This document shows positions 46,601-56,100 of a DNA stretch of 64,000 nucleotides, piece by piece. A program made the position numbers and the translations under genes. Origin of the DNA: a virus. The stretch's first letter is position 1. Each line of letters starts with the position of its first letter. Location: the IMG/VR virus record IMGVR_UViG_3300045988_135886. One strand, given 5' to 3'. The notes beneath the pieces were generated by a model. It was not told where the DNA came from. It did no database searches and was given only the letters and a program-made list of their open reading frames with translations.

Positions 46601-49179
46601 TAAAAGAATATAAAGGTAGGATGAAAGAATATCTTAAGGTAAATGGACATAAAACTGTCGATCCAGAATACCAAAAGATGAAGAAACAGCTTTATAGTCT
46701 CCAGACAGAGGCTGTTAAGTTAGAAAATGAAGCTGCTGAATTAGTTCAGGCTTTACAAGATAATCGTGAACAGATAAAACAATGGGCTGTTGACCGCTGG
46801 GATCGTGCAGGTTCCAAGCAGGATGCAGTAATTGATTACGCAAAAGCAAATGATAATCCTGAGTATCAGATTAACGAAAAGATTTATCAGGAGCGCATTA
46901 AATCTAATGCGAGACAGATCAATGCACTTCAAAAGCTTCGTGCAGAAAAAGCCGAATACTATGATACTCATTTTTCTTCTATGAATAATGAAGAAGCCCA
47001 GAAATATCTTAATTCTATAGCACAGATTGACGAACAAATTTTAAAAATCGGCAGTGATATAGAAAATCTGAAAAATGAAATCATGGAACTTCGCTGGAAA
47101 CCATTTGATGATGCACAAGATAAACTATCAAATGTTATCACTGAATATCAGACTATGCAAAAACTTCTCGGTGACGCTGAAAGTTTTTACAATGATGATG
47201 GTTCATTTACTACAAATGGATTAACTAACATTTTATTAACTCAAGAATCTATAGATGCGACAAAACAGAAGATTGCTAACTATAGGGAAGGTCTTAATAA
47301 GCTTGAAGAACAATATAAAAATGGTTGTTACAGCTTAGACGAATACAATGAGAAAAGCAAACAACTTCTTGATGGTATTCAACAAGAATCTACTGCTCTT
47401 TCTGAACTGAAACAGAATATGCTTGATATGTATGAGACTCAAATTAAGAAAGAGAATGATTTACTTCAGGAAAATATTGATAAGCGTAAAGACGCTCTTT
47501 CTGCTAAAGAGAAATATTACGATTATGACAAAACTTTAAAAAAGAAGTCTAAAGATATTAATACTCTTAAATCCCAGATAGCTGCCCTTGAAGGAACCAG
47601 TAATGCTGCCGCCAAAGCTCGTCTTGAGAAATTACGTGCGGAACTTGCAGATGCCGAAGATGATATGGCAGATACCATGCATCAACACGAAGTCGATATG
47701 AAAAATACCGGCTATGAGAATTTCTCTAATGAAGCGAATAAAGCTCTTGATAATACACTTGATGCAGTAAAGAAAAATTCTTCGTTTCAGGAAGCTATTA
47801 TTAATGGAATGCTTACCAATGTAACCACTAATTATGATAACACATATAAACATTTACATACTGTGATGGATCAGTATGGTGTTAAGGTGTCTGGCACATT
47901 TGATACTATGATAGGTAAGTCTGCTGATTTCAATACAAGTTTAATTCAACAGATAAAAGCATTAGAAACCATTTCTAATATGAAAGTTACTCTTCCATAC
48001 GGAACAAGCAATGGACAAGGTGGTTCTACAACTGGTAATAATACATATACCGGTGCTGAGAATGGTATTCACAATACATTTAATAGCAATAAAGACTCCA
48101 CTGGTGCTGGAAATGAAACTCCAGGTACAGTTAATAACAAGAAATACAGTTTAAAACTAAACGCTACTGATATTTATTTAACTTATGACCATATTAAACA
48201 GCAGCTTAAAGCAACATGGTCACCAAGCAAACCGGAACACTCTGATATTGAGTGGAAAAGTTCTGATGAATCTATTGCAAAAGTTTCTTCTGATGGTACA
48301 GTTCGTGGTGTGTCTTCAGGTCTTAATAAGAACGGTTTAATGGCGCGTGATGAGTCTAAAACAAGAAAATGTATCATTACTGCTATTGGCGGTGGTGGTC
48401 TTGCTAAAGCTACTTGTACCGTTCATGTAATGCCAAATGCTCATTACGAAGCAATTAAATCCTATGCAGCTAATGCAGGGATTGATGTTACTTCTGGAGA
48501 TAACTTAAGAGCCGCCATGCAATATGCATATCAAAATGGGGCTAATCATAGCTACCAGTCTGATGTCGCAGTTGAAGGATTCAAAAAGGCATATCTGAAG
48601 GATTGGACAAGCTCTCTACCTAATCGTCCAGATGGAGCAACTGATATTCCATCTGGTGTTAGTCAGTTAGTAGGTTACTTCAATTCCAAAGGTAAAAAAG
48701 TCGGACCAAAAGAAATGCAACAGCTTGCAGATATTCTTGGAATTAGTACTCCAGGTGTTAAAAAATATGATTCATGGGGTTCTGCTTTAAAAAATCAGAT
48801 ACTTCAAAAGTATAAATCATATGGTTTTGCTACTGGTGGAATAATAAATAAGCTAATACCTGCTGATATGAGTACTCTTTTAGGTAAAGCTATTATTAGT
48901 AATGGAGATCAGGGATTCATTGGTGCAAAAGTTGGCGAATCAGTAATGACCGAGGAATTTACTCGTCTGCTCAAACCTTCTATTGCTGCAATGAATGACT
49001 TTACCAATATGTTTAACCCGGTTACTCCTACTGCCACAAATAATGATTATACTATCAACAACGAAGTGAACATTAATGTAGCAAATATGAGTAATGATTT
49101 AGACATCCAAGATGTCGCAAACAAAGTTTCTACAATTATTAATAAAAATATGACTAGAGACTGGAGAAAGCTTAGATGA
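40594..49179 (+). CDS. tail tape measure protein, exon 2 (2861 aa)
   Basis: Long coiled-coil protein directly before Dit and Tal. The listed ATG 40567 has no SD. Has hydrophobic segments, a C-terminal Big_2-like Ig domain and repeated A[HY]AxGT motifs. Confidence 0.7.
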   Translation, partial: VFEKNDQGGILPETRWSRRTRLYNEGRAEALSNWKEYDNDTRALTQLNNALQNNGQTITDNAERQKIADKTLKNASERAKEYGNQIVANTKTLSDFKKENEVEDPNKQVKPKFTDGLKSFASSALSSIGNAVVSAGTAMIAQQLISWGLQGIDAIVHWNDNIIAKGKEAKETILEQNQTYKDQKSQLEELQEQYTKYASGVKISGNIIKNATLSDEDFQAFLDTSNQIANLAPSMIDGWDSEGNAILKFGTDTKEANQQISDYIQLQRDVTHLSIRDNLQDEYKGVVKDAEKTGKEISNKKDQKKEADTITSGWTALKNATETDGPITFTTTAPQKEVEELLDKYKVTSLITSDVNGDTYTVDMSELSAADKNALKTSLESKEALAQGNANLIESEKLAQEAVQASKWKDLLPSLQAYVESSNMFDNMDSDVAERAKNGINTMLSNIDISKMTDQIKDAGGIDDWIDKTLIAPMTSGSKDVQKAWADLFSLEDSYGSEDSKMTVGEWSKQRNDYLKTISEGTGESFDSLAKKLGYKTDEGWTVREQINNAAARLYGKNYDRDQRAEIGSYLNGLTKDNYEIAIDLLINGDKAFSSLDEFKEKVNEAISNAKNQADEAAVSLDSMETKVSTAKSTLSSMGTILTETTSAGGISKDNVKILSTAFKDVKDPRGIEQNVNDLFTTTSDGIKLNIDALKTFTEYQAEATDGDFEKGIKLQTKAIAEQAEETDKAWKAIAKADDKEAARATYDAEKDKLKDARDEYLSYMQSQSEWQATKKQQQELLSYYSQWQRAQSTENAGDKYNNIVAGLKNAKDAYDKGLVGTDDFKSFAALISPTGSDDRANFAENYGKAVRYLTEDKTGVNNFLADLKSKGMASYDDASKRWSFDIDDMSKAARSMGISKEFMSANFGRLRDYGIDNNFISSIEEGIDRTQELTSALSDEQKRLEELKNTDSTNTTAISASEDKVNKYKQDLKETYDNMESYSEDAAQNAVDNFNSSAMGAQAYEEEIKRVQKNDQLTNDQRNAAINQLKAKQEELAASAGTTVEALLGTDVSSLMDGIITDSASVTTALDGINKAYEEQNTDVTSLVDTLGKYTSEQLEGIDFNDGKWDTELGDAEKAVESLCEKLGLTKDQARSVIEALKEAGKLKDSEKSSDSSKETTKGSWEKPQTAEQMGFGDDPDRAAEYTHSLEALTAAHKENDAATEKSFETLSKYNRTQLEGIKLNDGAYNVEGMEQAEDAIQQLADKTQLSKDQILTALEGLGVLKVNAPTMDATKGLEDLVSEAKDAQDELSDLTGKTYTFDFDTTDLDTAHKQVADLQEEVNKYRDRDGKYHPEITGGEQVQSMYKAAIAQEQNAEYSSSAIGQSSLSSDVVQAAQDFMQAKNEMDQQTQLYQNGMDNTLDQATQDANAAFETLQQAQTDSGIKLVDTDNIQTAEDQLLQLSNEDIGDKIKIDVDTTSVDDALADVQALAADGKMGSIDLDFNVNTMSIDDIDSKIEELTNQQKVLTILGDVEGADKVQALIDALQQVHDKQVEVVAQTQGADLVDQLQSRIAELQDKNVSIDAIVQDDKVQSLISEIAALPPEVQIAIGVNENNVGNAEAIKAQIESDPASITVNYVKGEEPEKADDIEGKANFTLGEHPTKAPDISGTANYSLGSYPKTAPTIFGTAVYTKKIQASGTMTSVAHASGTAYNVLNMRPLSSAHAKGDVALKHDEQALINEVCINGHSESIVRDGVWSLIPGGAHIENLKKGDIIFSATQTEDLLKHGATHGHARAYAQGTASSVTLAPAYADGTSELDDTIKKVSTQAKDWIETALDRLERIVEKYQDIAESDYSNYKSSEKNYDKALKNLNKQLQTQKDSRAKYVAKANEVASAVGLSDELKKKVQNGTINIESLSEDDKKRVDAYQEWYEKILDCDKAIRELTKSQKDLAKAKVERVIEAYDTVIGKRENKADYYKAKQELRISQGYNQKPGSKYEKYMKKELYYTNEQKRLTDKEIKEYKGRMKEYLKVNGHKTVDPEYQKMKKQLYSLQTEAVKLENEAAELVQALQDNREQIKQWAVDRWDRAGSKQDAVIDYAKANDNPEYQINEKIYQERIKSNARQINALQKLRAEKAEYYDTHFSSMNNEEAQKYLNSIAQIDEQILKIGSDIENLKNEIMELRWKPFDDAQDKLSNVITEYQTMQKLLGDAESFYNDDGSFTTNGLTNILLTQESIDATKQKIANYREGLNKLEEQYKNGCYSLDEYNEKSKQLLDGIQQESTALSELKQNMLDMYETQIKKENDLLQENIDKRKDALSAKEKYYDYDKTLKKKSKDINTLKSQIAALEGTSNAAAKARLEKLRAELADAEDDMADTMHQHEVDMKNTGYENFSNEANKALDNTLDAVKKNSSFQEAIINGMLTNVTTNYDNTYKHLHTVMDQYGVKVSGTFDTMIGKSADFNTSLIQQIKALETISNMKVTLPYGTSNGQGGSTTGNNTYTGAENGIHNTFNSNKDSTGAGNETPGTVNNKKYSLKLNATDIYLTYDHIKQQLKATWSPSKPEHSDIEWKSSDESIAKVSSDGTVRGVSSGLNKNGLMARDESKTRKCIITAIGGGGLAKATCTVHVMPNAHYEAIKSYAANAGIDVTSGDNLRAAMQYAYQNGANHSYQSDVAVEGFKKAYLKDWTSSLPNRPDGATDIPSGVSQLVGYFNSKGKKVGPKEMQQLADILGISTPGVKKYDSWGSALKNQILQKYKSYGFATGGIINKLIPADMSTLLGKAIISNGDQGFIGAKVGESVMTEEFTRLLKPSIAAMNDFTNMFNPVTPTATNNDYTINNEVNINVANMSNDLDIQDVANKVSTIINKNMTRDWRKLR

Positions 49180-49183
49180 TAAA

Positions 49184-49206
49184 AGGACTGCTTCGGCAGT
49201 TCTTTT
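49184..49206 (+). terminator. rho-independent terminator after the tape-measure gene
   Basis: 8-bp stem aggactgc/gcagttct with a ttcg loop, followed by tttt. Confidence 0.65.
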
Positions 49207-49241
49207 ATTGTATGAAATTATAAAATGAAAGAGGTGAATAA

Positions 49242-50186
49242 ATGTTACAATTTGAATTTGATGGACATAATTCTAGTGAATACGGGATTATAATGACTGG
49301 AATCACAGACAATGATAATCTTGAAAGCAGATCTTTACAGTTAGGAGAAAAGAATAGATATAGAGCAAGAGAAAATCATTTCGGAGCAGTGTACGGTGAT
49401 AATTATAGCTTTACACTTAGCATCATGAAAAATCCTTGTCACAATACAAATGTGACACCTGAATTATCTAGTGGAATCATCACATATCCAGAAAAATGTA
49501 CTCCTATATTGAAAAATGGTATTATTACTTTCCCATTGGAGTACATTCCAGATGTTAAATTAGGTGTTATACAGATGAATGATACGGATTACCTTTCTTC
49601 AAGCAATATCCGTATTATTAATGGCTGGTTAACTTCTCCACAAACACCAAAATTATTTAAGATAATTGGTGGTGACTACTTCTACGAAGATATAGAGTTC
49701 TTTGCTACATTCACAGAAATTACTACTGATCATGTTGTGTTCCCATATGAAATGAATTTTACAGTCACTTGCGACAGTCCATATGGTTACACTCCTGAGA
49801 TTACGCATAATATCACCTCTTCTTCTACTCTTCCAAAAACTTATATAATTAACAACACTTCTGACTGTCATGAAGATTACATCTATCCTCTTATTAAAAT
49901 TTCCCCTAAAAGCCATGGCACTATTACAATCCAAAATGTAACAGACAATAACGGAACAATGAAAATAAATGCTTTAAAAGATGATGACTTTTATATTGAT
50001 TGCCAGCATTTAAAAATATATGACATTACTAATTCAATTATAAGTTTTGAAGATTTGGGTGTAAAAGATATAGATAATATATACTGGCTTAGATTGGCTT
50101 ACGGTGAAAATGAATTAAGATTCACTGGTGATGCTACATTTGAGCTTATTTATAGAGAACCAAGAAAGGTGGGTGCGTTTGGGTGA
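49242..50186 (+). CDS. distal tail protein (Dit-like)
   Basis: MLQFEFDGHNSSEYGIIMTGI... is a typical siphovirus tail-family N-terminus. Lies between the tape-measure gene and Tal. Confidence 0.6.
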   Translation: MLQFEFDGHNSSEYGIIMTGITDNDNLESRSLQLGEKNRYRARENHFGAVYGDNYSFTLSIMKNPCHNTNVTPELSSGIITYPEKCTPILKNGIITFPLEYIPDVKLGVIQMNDTDYLSSSNIRIINGWLTSPQTPKLFKIIGGDYFYEDIEFFATFTEITTDHVVFPYEMNFTVTCDSPYGYTPEITHNITSSSTLPKTYIINNTSDCHEDYIYPLIKISPKSHGTITIQNVTDNNGTMKINALKDDDFYIDCQHLKIYDITNSIISFEDLGVKDIDNIYWLRLAYGENELRFTGDATFELIYREPRKVGAFG

Positions 50187-53100
50187 AAATAAATCATAAG
50201 TATGATATTTATGGACGTACTGAGCCTTCTATTATTTATTTAGCTAAACCTGGCAAAAGATTATATTGTGCGCTAGGAGGCATTGATACATCTACCGTTT
50301 CATTGTCATTAAAAACTAATAATACAGCTGAATTAACATTTACTGTTGATAAATACATAAACAATACTGTTACTGACGGGTATGAAGAACTTGATGAGCT
50401 AATGGAGCTATACTGTGATGGCATTTGGTTCAAAATAGTAGATCCGCCAACTATTAATAACGATGGTTTGCGTGAAACTAAAGAGATTACTGCTGAGTCT
50501 TATGAAATCATGCTTACTCAATATAAACTGAAAAACTTTAAAATTAATATGGGCGAAGAAGATTCCTATGAAATGATGTATCAGGCAACTCATGATACAA
50601 ATAAGTTTTATCAGATTAAGTTTTATGATTCAGAAAATGAAGATCTAAGTTTTTTACATTTAGTATTAAAACATGCAGATGTTCCTGGTTGGCATATAGG
50701 TTATGTGGATAATATTACTCCTGATGACGACGGAAAATTACTCCCTAATAATATATGTAACTTTGAAGTAGACGATCAAAATGTATATGCTTTCTTAACA
50801 CAAGAGGCCGCACAAGCCTATAAATGTGTGTTTGAGTTTGATACTGTAAATATGACCATAAATGTTTATAGACCTGACAGCTTAGGTAAAGATACAAATG
50901 TAGTTTTGGGTTTTAGAAACATTCAGAATAGTATAACTATTTCCAGAGATGAAAATTTAGTTACACAATTTTATGTTGAAGGCTTAGATGATTATAATAT
51001 TGATGCAGTCAATTTTGGTGATTCTGTAATTACTGATCTTTCCTATTTTGTATGTGAGCCTTACATGGACACTTCACTACAAGAAAAATATAATGCATGG
51101 CAAAGCTACCGGGAGTCCCGCAGAGAAGAGTTTATTAATTTATCCAAAGAATATAATAAAAATCTGGAAGTTCTTACTGAATTAATGAATAGAGTCCCAA
51201 TTGATACTGCTCAAACAAATTGGTTCGGGAAAAAAGTTGAAGATTTAAAAGATGCATATAATGCTAACATGGCAATCATTAAGGGTTTAGAAGCTCTATA
51301 TGTTGACGATGAAAAGAATTTTGATTTAGAAGCTTTAAAAAAGTCACATGATTGGCCTTTATATGAATCAATTATGAACTACACTCTTCCATCTATTGTG
51401 GCTGCATTACAAGCTCAAGACGAAACCGTAGAAGGATTCGGTAAAGGAAATATTATTTCATGTGTAAATCCGATTGTATTGGGCCAAGATTGGTATATGG
51501 TAAACCCTGGAACTTCTTCTTTTCAAACTATACAAATTGATGATGCTCCTGCTTATGGAATCACTCGTGGAGTTAAAGTAACTGGTACTAATGGAGGAAT
51601 TTATCAACACAATATTAGTATTGAACCATCTCAGAGATATACTCTTAGTTGTTTTGTAAAAGGATCCGGTACATTTTATCTTGGTTATAATAACACCGGA
51701 GAGGACAGAAAGAATATTTCTTATAACATCACATCTTCTTGGACCAGAGTTTATACTTCTTTCAATCTTTCTTCTCGTTTAATTGATGTAGCATTCACTG
51801 GAACTAATGATTTCACTATATGCGGTATGCAATTAGAGATGGGCGATTCACCTAGCCAGTTTGGGTATTTCACGCAATCTGAAAATATTATAAAAGCTTA
51901 TGAAACTGATTGGAAGTTATATGGAATCTCAGAATTAAAAGTAAAGATTTCAACTTACGATAGCTGTATTAAAGAATTAAAAAAGAGTGGTTATGCAGAT
52001 GGGTATAATCCTTTATCTGGATATGAAGAAGCATATTTTACTCAGATGCATCAAAAATATCTGGATTATCTGAATTTAAAAGATCAGGCTGAGACTGCTT
52101 TAAAAGAACGCCAGGCTGAATATGATAAGGCTAAGAAACCTGAAATTCAAGAGAAACGAAACCAGATTGCAAAAGATGTATTACTTGAAAATTTTGGTAA
52201 AGTACAGAACAAATACTCAGCTTTTACTGATAAAGAAACATATATTATTAAGAGTTTATATAGCCAATCCACTTATACAAATGAAAATATTATTATTACT
52301 ACTCTTGACAGTACTGCTGATGCCGTAGATAAGTCTAAAGTTCTTTATGACGATGCATTGGAAGAATTGTATGTGGAATCACATCCACAATATACATATA
52401 CTGATGATGTAGAGAATGTATACGCTCTTCCAGAATTTAAGGAGTACCATGAACAGCTTGCGGTAAATGATTTTGTACGTGTAGGAATCACTGATACTAA
52501 TTATATTAAACTAAGAGTAATTGAGATCACATATAATCCTTGTGATTTAGATGAATCTATGGAAGTTACTTTTAGCAATATGATTCAGTACAAAGCTAAA
52601 AGGAATGATTATAATACTCTTTTAAACGATGCTCTTAATACTTCCAACCGTAATGGTGGTCGTGTTAACTCAGTCAACAAATCTTCTACTTCTGATTATG
52701 TCATCACATCAGAAGCTATCAAACAAATCTTTTCAAATCCTCTATTCAATTCAATGTTAGGTGGAACTGTCACTGGAGGATCCGGATCTGGTGGAACCAT
52801 TACCGCTGATACAATTATTGCAGAACTCGTGAAAGCAAAAGAAGGTATATTTGATAAGCTTACTGTTGACACTGCTTTCATGAAATATCTCGATGTAAAA
52901 CTTATTTCCGCAGATAAGATCACAACTCGTATTCTCGAAGCGGAACAGGCAAATATTGAAAAGCTGTCAGCTAAGATTATAGAATCTAATCAGATTAATG
53001 CTGATATGATTAATGTAAAAAATCTTCTTGCAGGTCATGCAGGAGTTGGAGAATTACATACAATTCATCTTACTGTAGAAAATGCAGAAATTGATCAGGC

Positions 53101-56100
53101 TGTTATTACTAATCTCATCGCAAAGAAAATTGCAGTTGGAGATTTAATGGCTCAAAATGCTCTTGCAAATCAAATTGTACTTATCTCTAAAGACAATAAA
53201 CCTACTATTGCATTTCAAGAAAGTACTCAACAGTTTTATGATTCCAAAGGAAATGTTCGTGTGCAGATTGGTATGGACGGTAAAGGGGATTTCAACTTTA
53301 TTGTTAAAAATGGAGACAGAGCCGCTTTATTTGATGAAAATGGTATTACCCAGACAGGTATTCCAGATAATACAATTCTTGGAGACATGATTAATAACGC
53401 CACCATTACCAAAGACAAACTTGGATTTCAAATCATAGAACCAAATGAACAAGGTGGTATTGACATCACTAATATTTATGATGGCAAAGGAAATCAATGG
53501 TGGGGAATAGAAAAGACGACTATTACAGATGACTACACAAAGCAGATTAAGAATGTTACAGATACTCTGACCGGACAAATCGAAACTAAGGTTAGTAATA
53601 CTCAATATCTTAAAGATCAAGAATCTATCCGAACAGATTTTTCTGATATCAAACAAAATGTTTCTGGGATTACATCTACTGTAAGCAGTATGCAAACAGA
53701 TCTTTCTGAAGCTCAAGAAAAAATTAAAGCAAACACCTCTTCTATTACTCAGAATTCAGATAAAATCAGTTTTATGGTAACTGGTGACAAAGAGTCTGAG
53801 TTCACAGTTACTGATAAATTTATTCAGATGATTTCTGACCATATTAGCATTGATGCCAGCACCATTGACATTAATGGTATTATCACTGCAATGAATACAC
53901 ACACTGGACCAGGTAAAACTAAAATCGACGGTGGTATTATTGAAACCAATACTATTACTGCTGATTCTATTAAAGTTGATGCAATCAGATCAAAAATATT
54001 TGAAGATGATCTGACATCTAATTATTCACTAAAAGGTATCTGGTTTGATTTATCAGAGAACGGTGCTATTAAAGGTAAAAATTTTGCTGTTGATTCTAAT
54101 GGTAATGCTTATATTCGTGGTGACAGCACTGTTGAGGGAACCATTATAGCTAATAAAGGTTATATTGGTGGTATTGGCGGTTTCCATATTGAAGCGGGAA
54201 AATTGTATTCTGGTATGGATAGCCTTCCTGAACAACCAACATCAGTATCAAAGGATAAAAATGTATATATTGGTACAGACGGAATTGCTCTTGGTAGTGG
54301 AAACTTCAGAGTTGATTCAAATGGTAAGCTTTATGCTAACTCTGGTACATTCTCAGGAACTATTTACGCTGATGGAGGAACTATTGGCGGTTGGAATATA
54401 TCTGCAAATTCATTAAGCAACAGAGACGGATCCATAAGTTTAAATCCTGATGGTTTAAAACTTGGCAATCAGTTAAATGTAGATAATCAAGGGAATGCAA
54501 CTTTTGGTGGTAAACTATCAGCTGCTACCGGAAGTTTTTCTGGTGAATTAGTTGCAGCAACAGGTAGCTTTTCTGGAGAATTAAAAGCTGCAAGAGGTAG
54601 TTTTAAAGGAGAACTTTCTGGTGCAACTGGAAGTTTTACAGGTAGTGTTATTGCTACATCTATTACTGCAAAGCAATCATATTCTATTTATTATAACGAT
54701 GTTGGAACTGGTGAACCAACTGATTCAGTACAAGTAATTACTGCATTTGACTGGGGAACTAATACAACTCAAATTGGATTTGGGTTGATAGATTCATCTT
54801 TAGACTCTTCAAAAATGCATGGAATGCTTCTGATAAAAGAACAAGGCGCAAGAGTTCTAACATTAATTGCAGATGATATTAATACAAATGGATGGTTAAA
54901 TGTTAATAAACTTAATATTACTGATTCATTCGGACAGTATAAAGGAGTGCCATATAAATCAATTATGTGGAAACCAACAGACACATTTGACTTTAATGGT
55001 TATAATCATCATCACACTATTCTTCCTTATAAAAACGGTAACTTTGCAGTAGGTATGGAAAGTACGACTACAGGAATGTTATCTATTAGTTTATTACCAT
55101 ATTTGTTATCAACTGAAACCGATGCATATGGTAATATTACAGTAAGTAAAACTAAAGATACTACTTCTCAGATAAGCATTGGAGCAACAGCTAATCCATA
55201 TGCATGTATTTATGTAGATGCTATTTATCTTACTGGTGATAAAAAAACTTATACTTCACTGGCTAATTTAGGTGAAGGCGGCACAACTAATTATAATGGA
55301 CTTACAAATAAACCTAAAATTAATAATGTTGAATTGGCAAGCGGAAATAATACATTATCTAATTTAGGGATCGCTGCACGATCACATTCCCATTCAAATT
55401 CTGACATTAATTGGAGTACTACGTTAGGGTATAAAGGATTTGGTCACAACCATACCATGATTTATGATGGAAATGGTAAAAAAGCTATTGCTATTGCAGG
55501 TTCTGGTTCAAATACGGGGTTGATTCCATATGATGTGTCATATAATAATGCGGATAATATTTCTCTGACTCGTGGCGGGACTATGTATCTTGGTGCGGCT
55601 TATTATTCTAATAAATTAACTGCTTATCCTTTTGAATGCGGATATTTTAAAAACATTAAAGTTTACAAAGGTAGTGGAGATGCAAGTGATATAGATAATT
55701 ATATTACTCCATCTGGTAGTGATTCTTCTATCACTGGTGGATTGACTATTAAACTAAATGGAACACCGAAAATTAGTTCGTGGAAAGGGGCATCAGATGT
55801 CTCTGTGAACATAACGGCAAGTAGTATTGGAGCTGCAACTTCTAACCATTCACATGATATGAGTAGTTATGCTACTACAAGTTGGGTTAAAAGGGCATTT
55901 GGAAGTACAATAGATGTTTCTAATGGATATTTATACTTATATAACAATAATGGTACTCAATTAAGCTCCGTACAATTACCAACAAGTTCTGGTGGAAGCT
56001 CCATTCCTTCACACGCTATTGCATCGGATGGCACAACTAGACCTATTGTTACATCTGGAACAGCGGGCAGCAATACCTATACTGCATGGATCGGAACATA

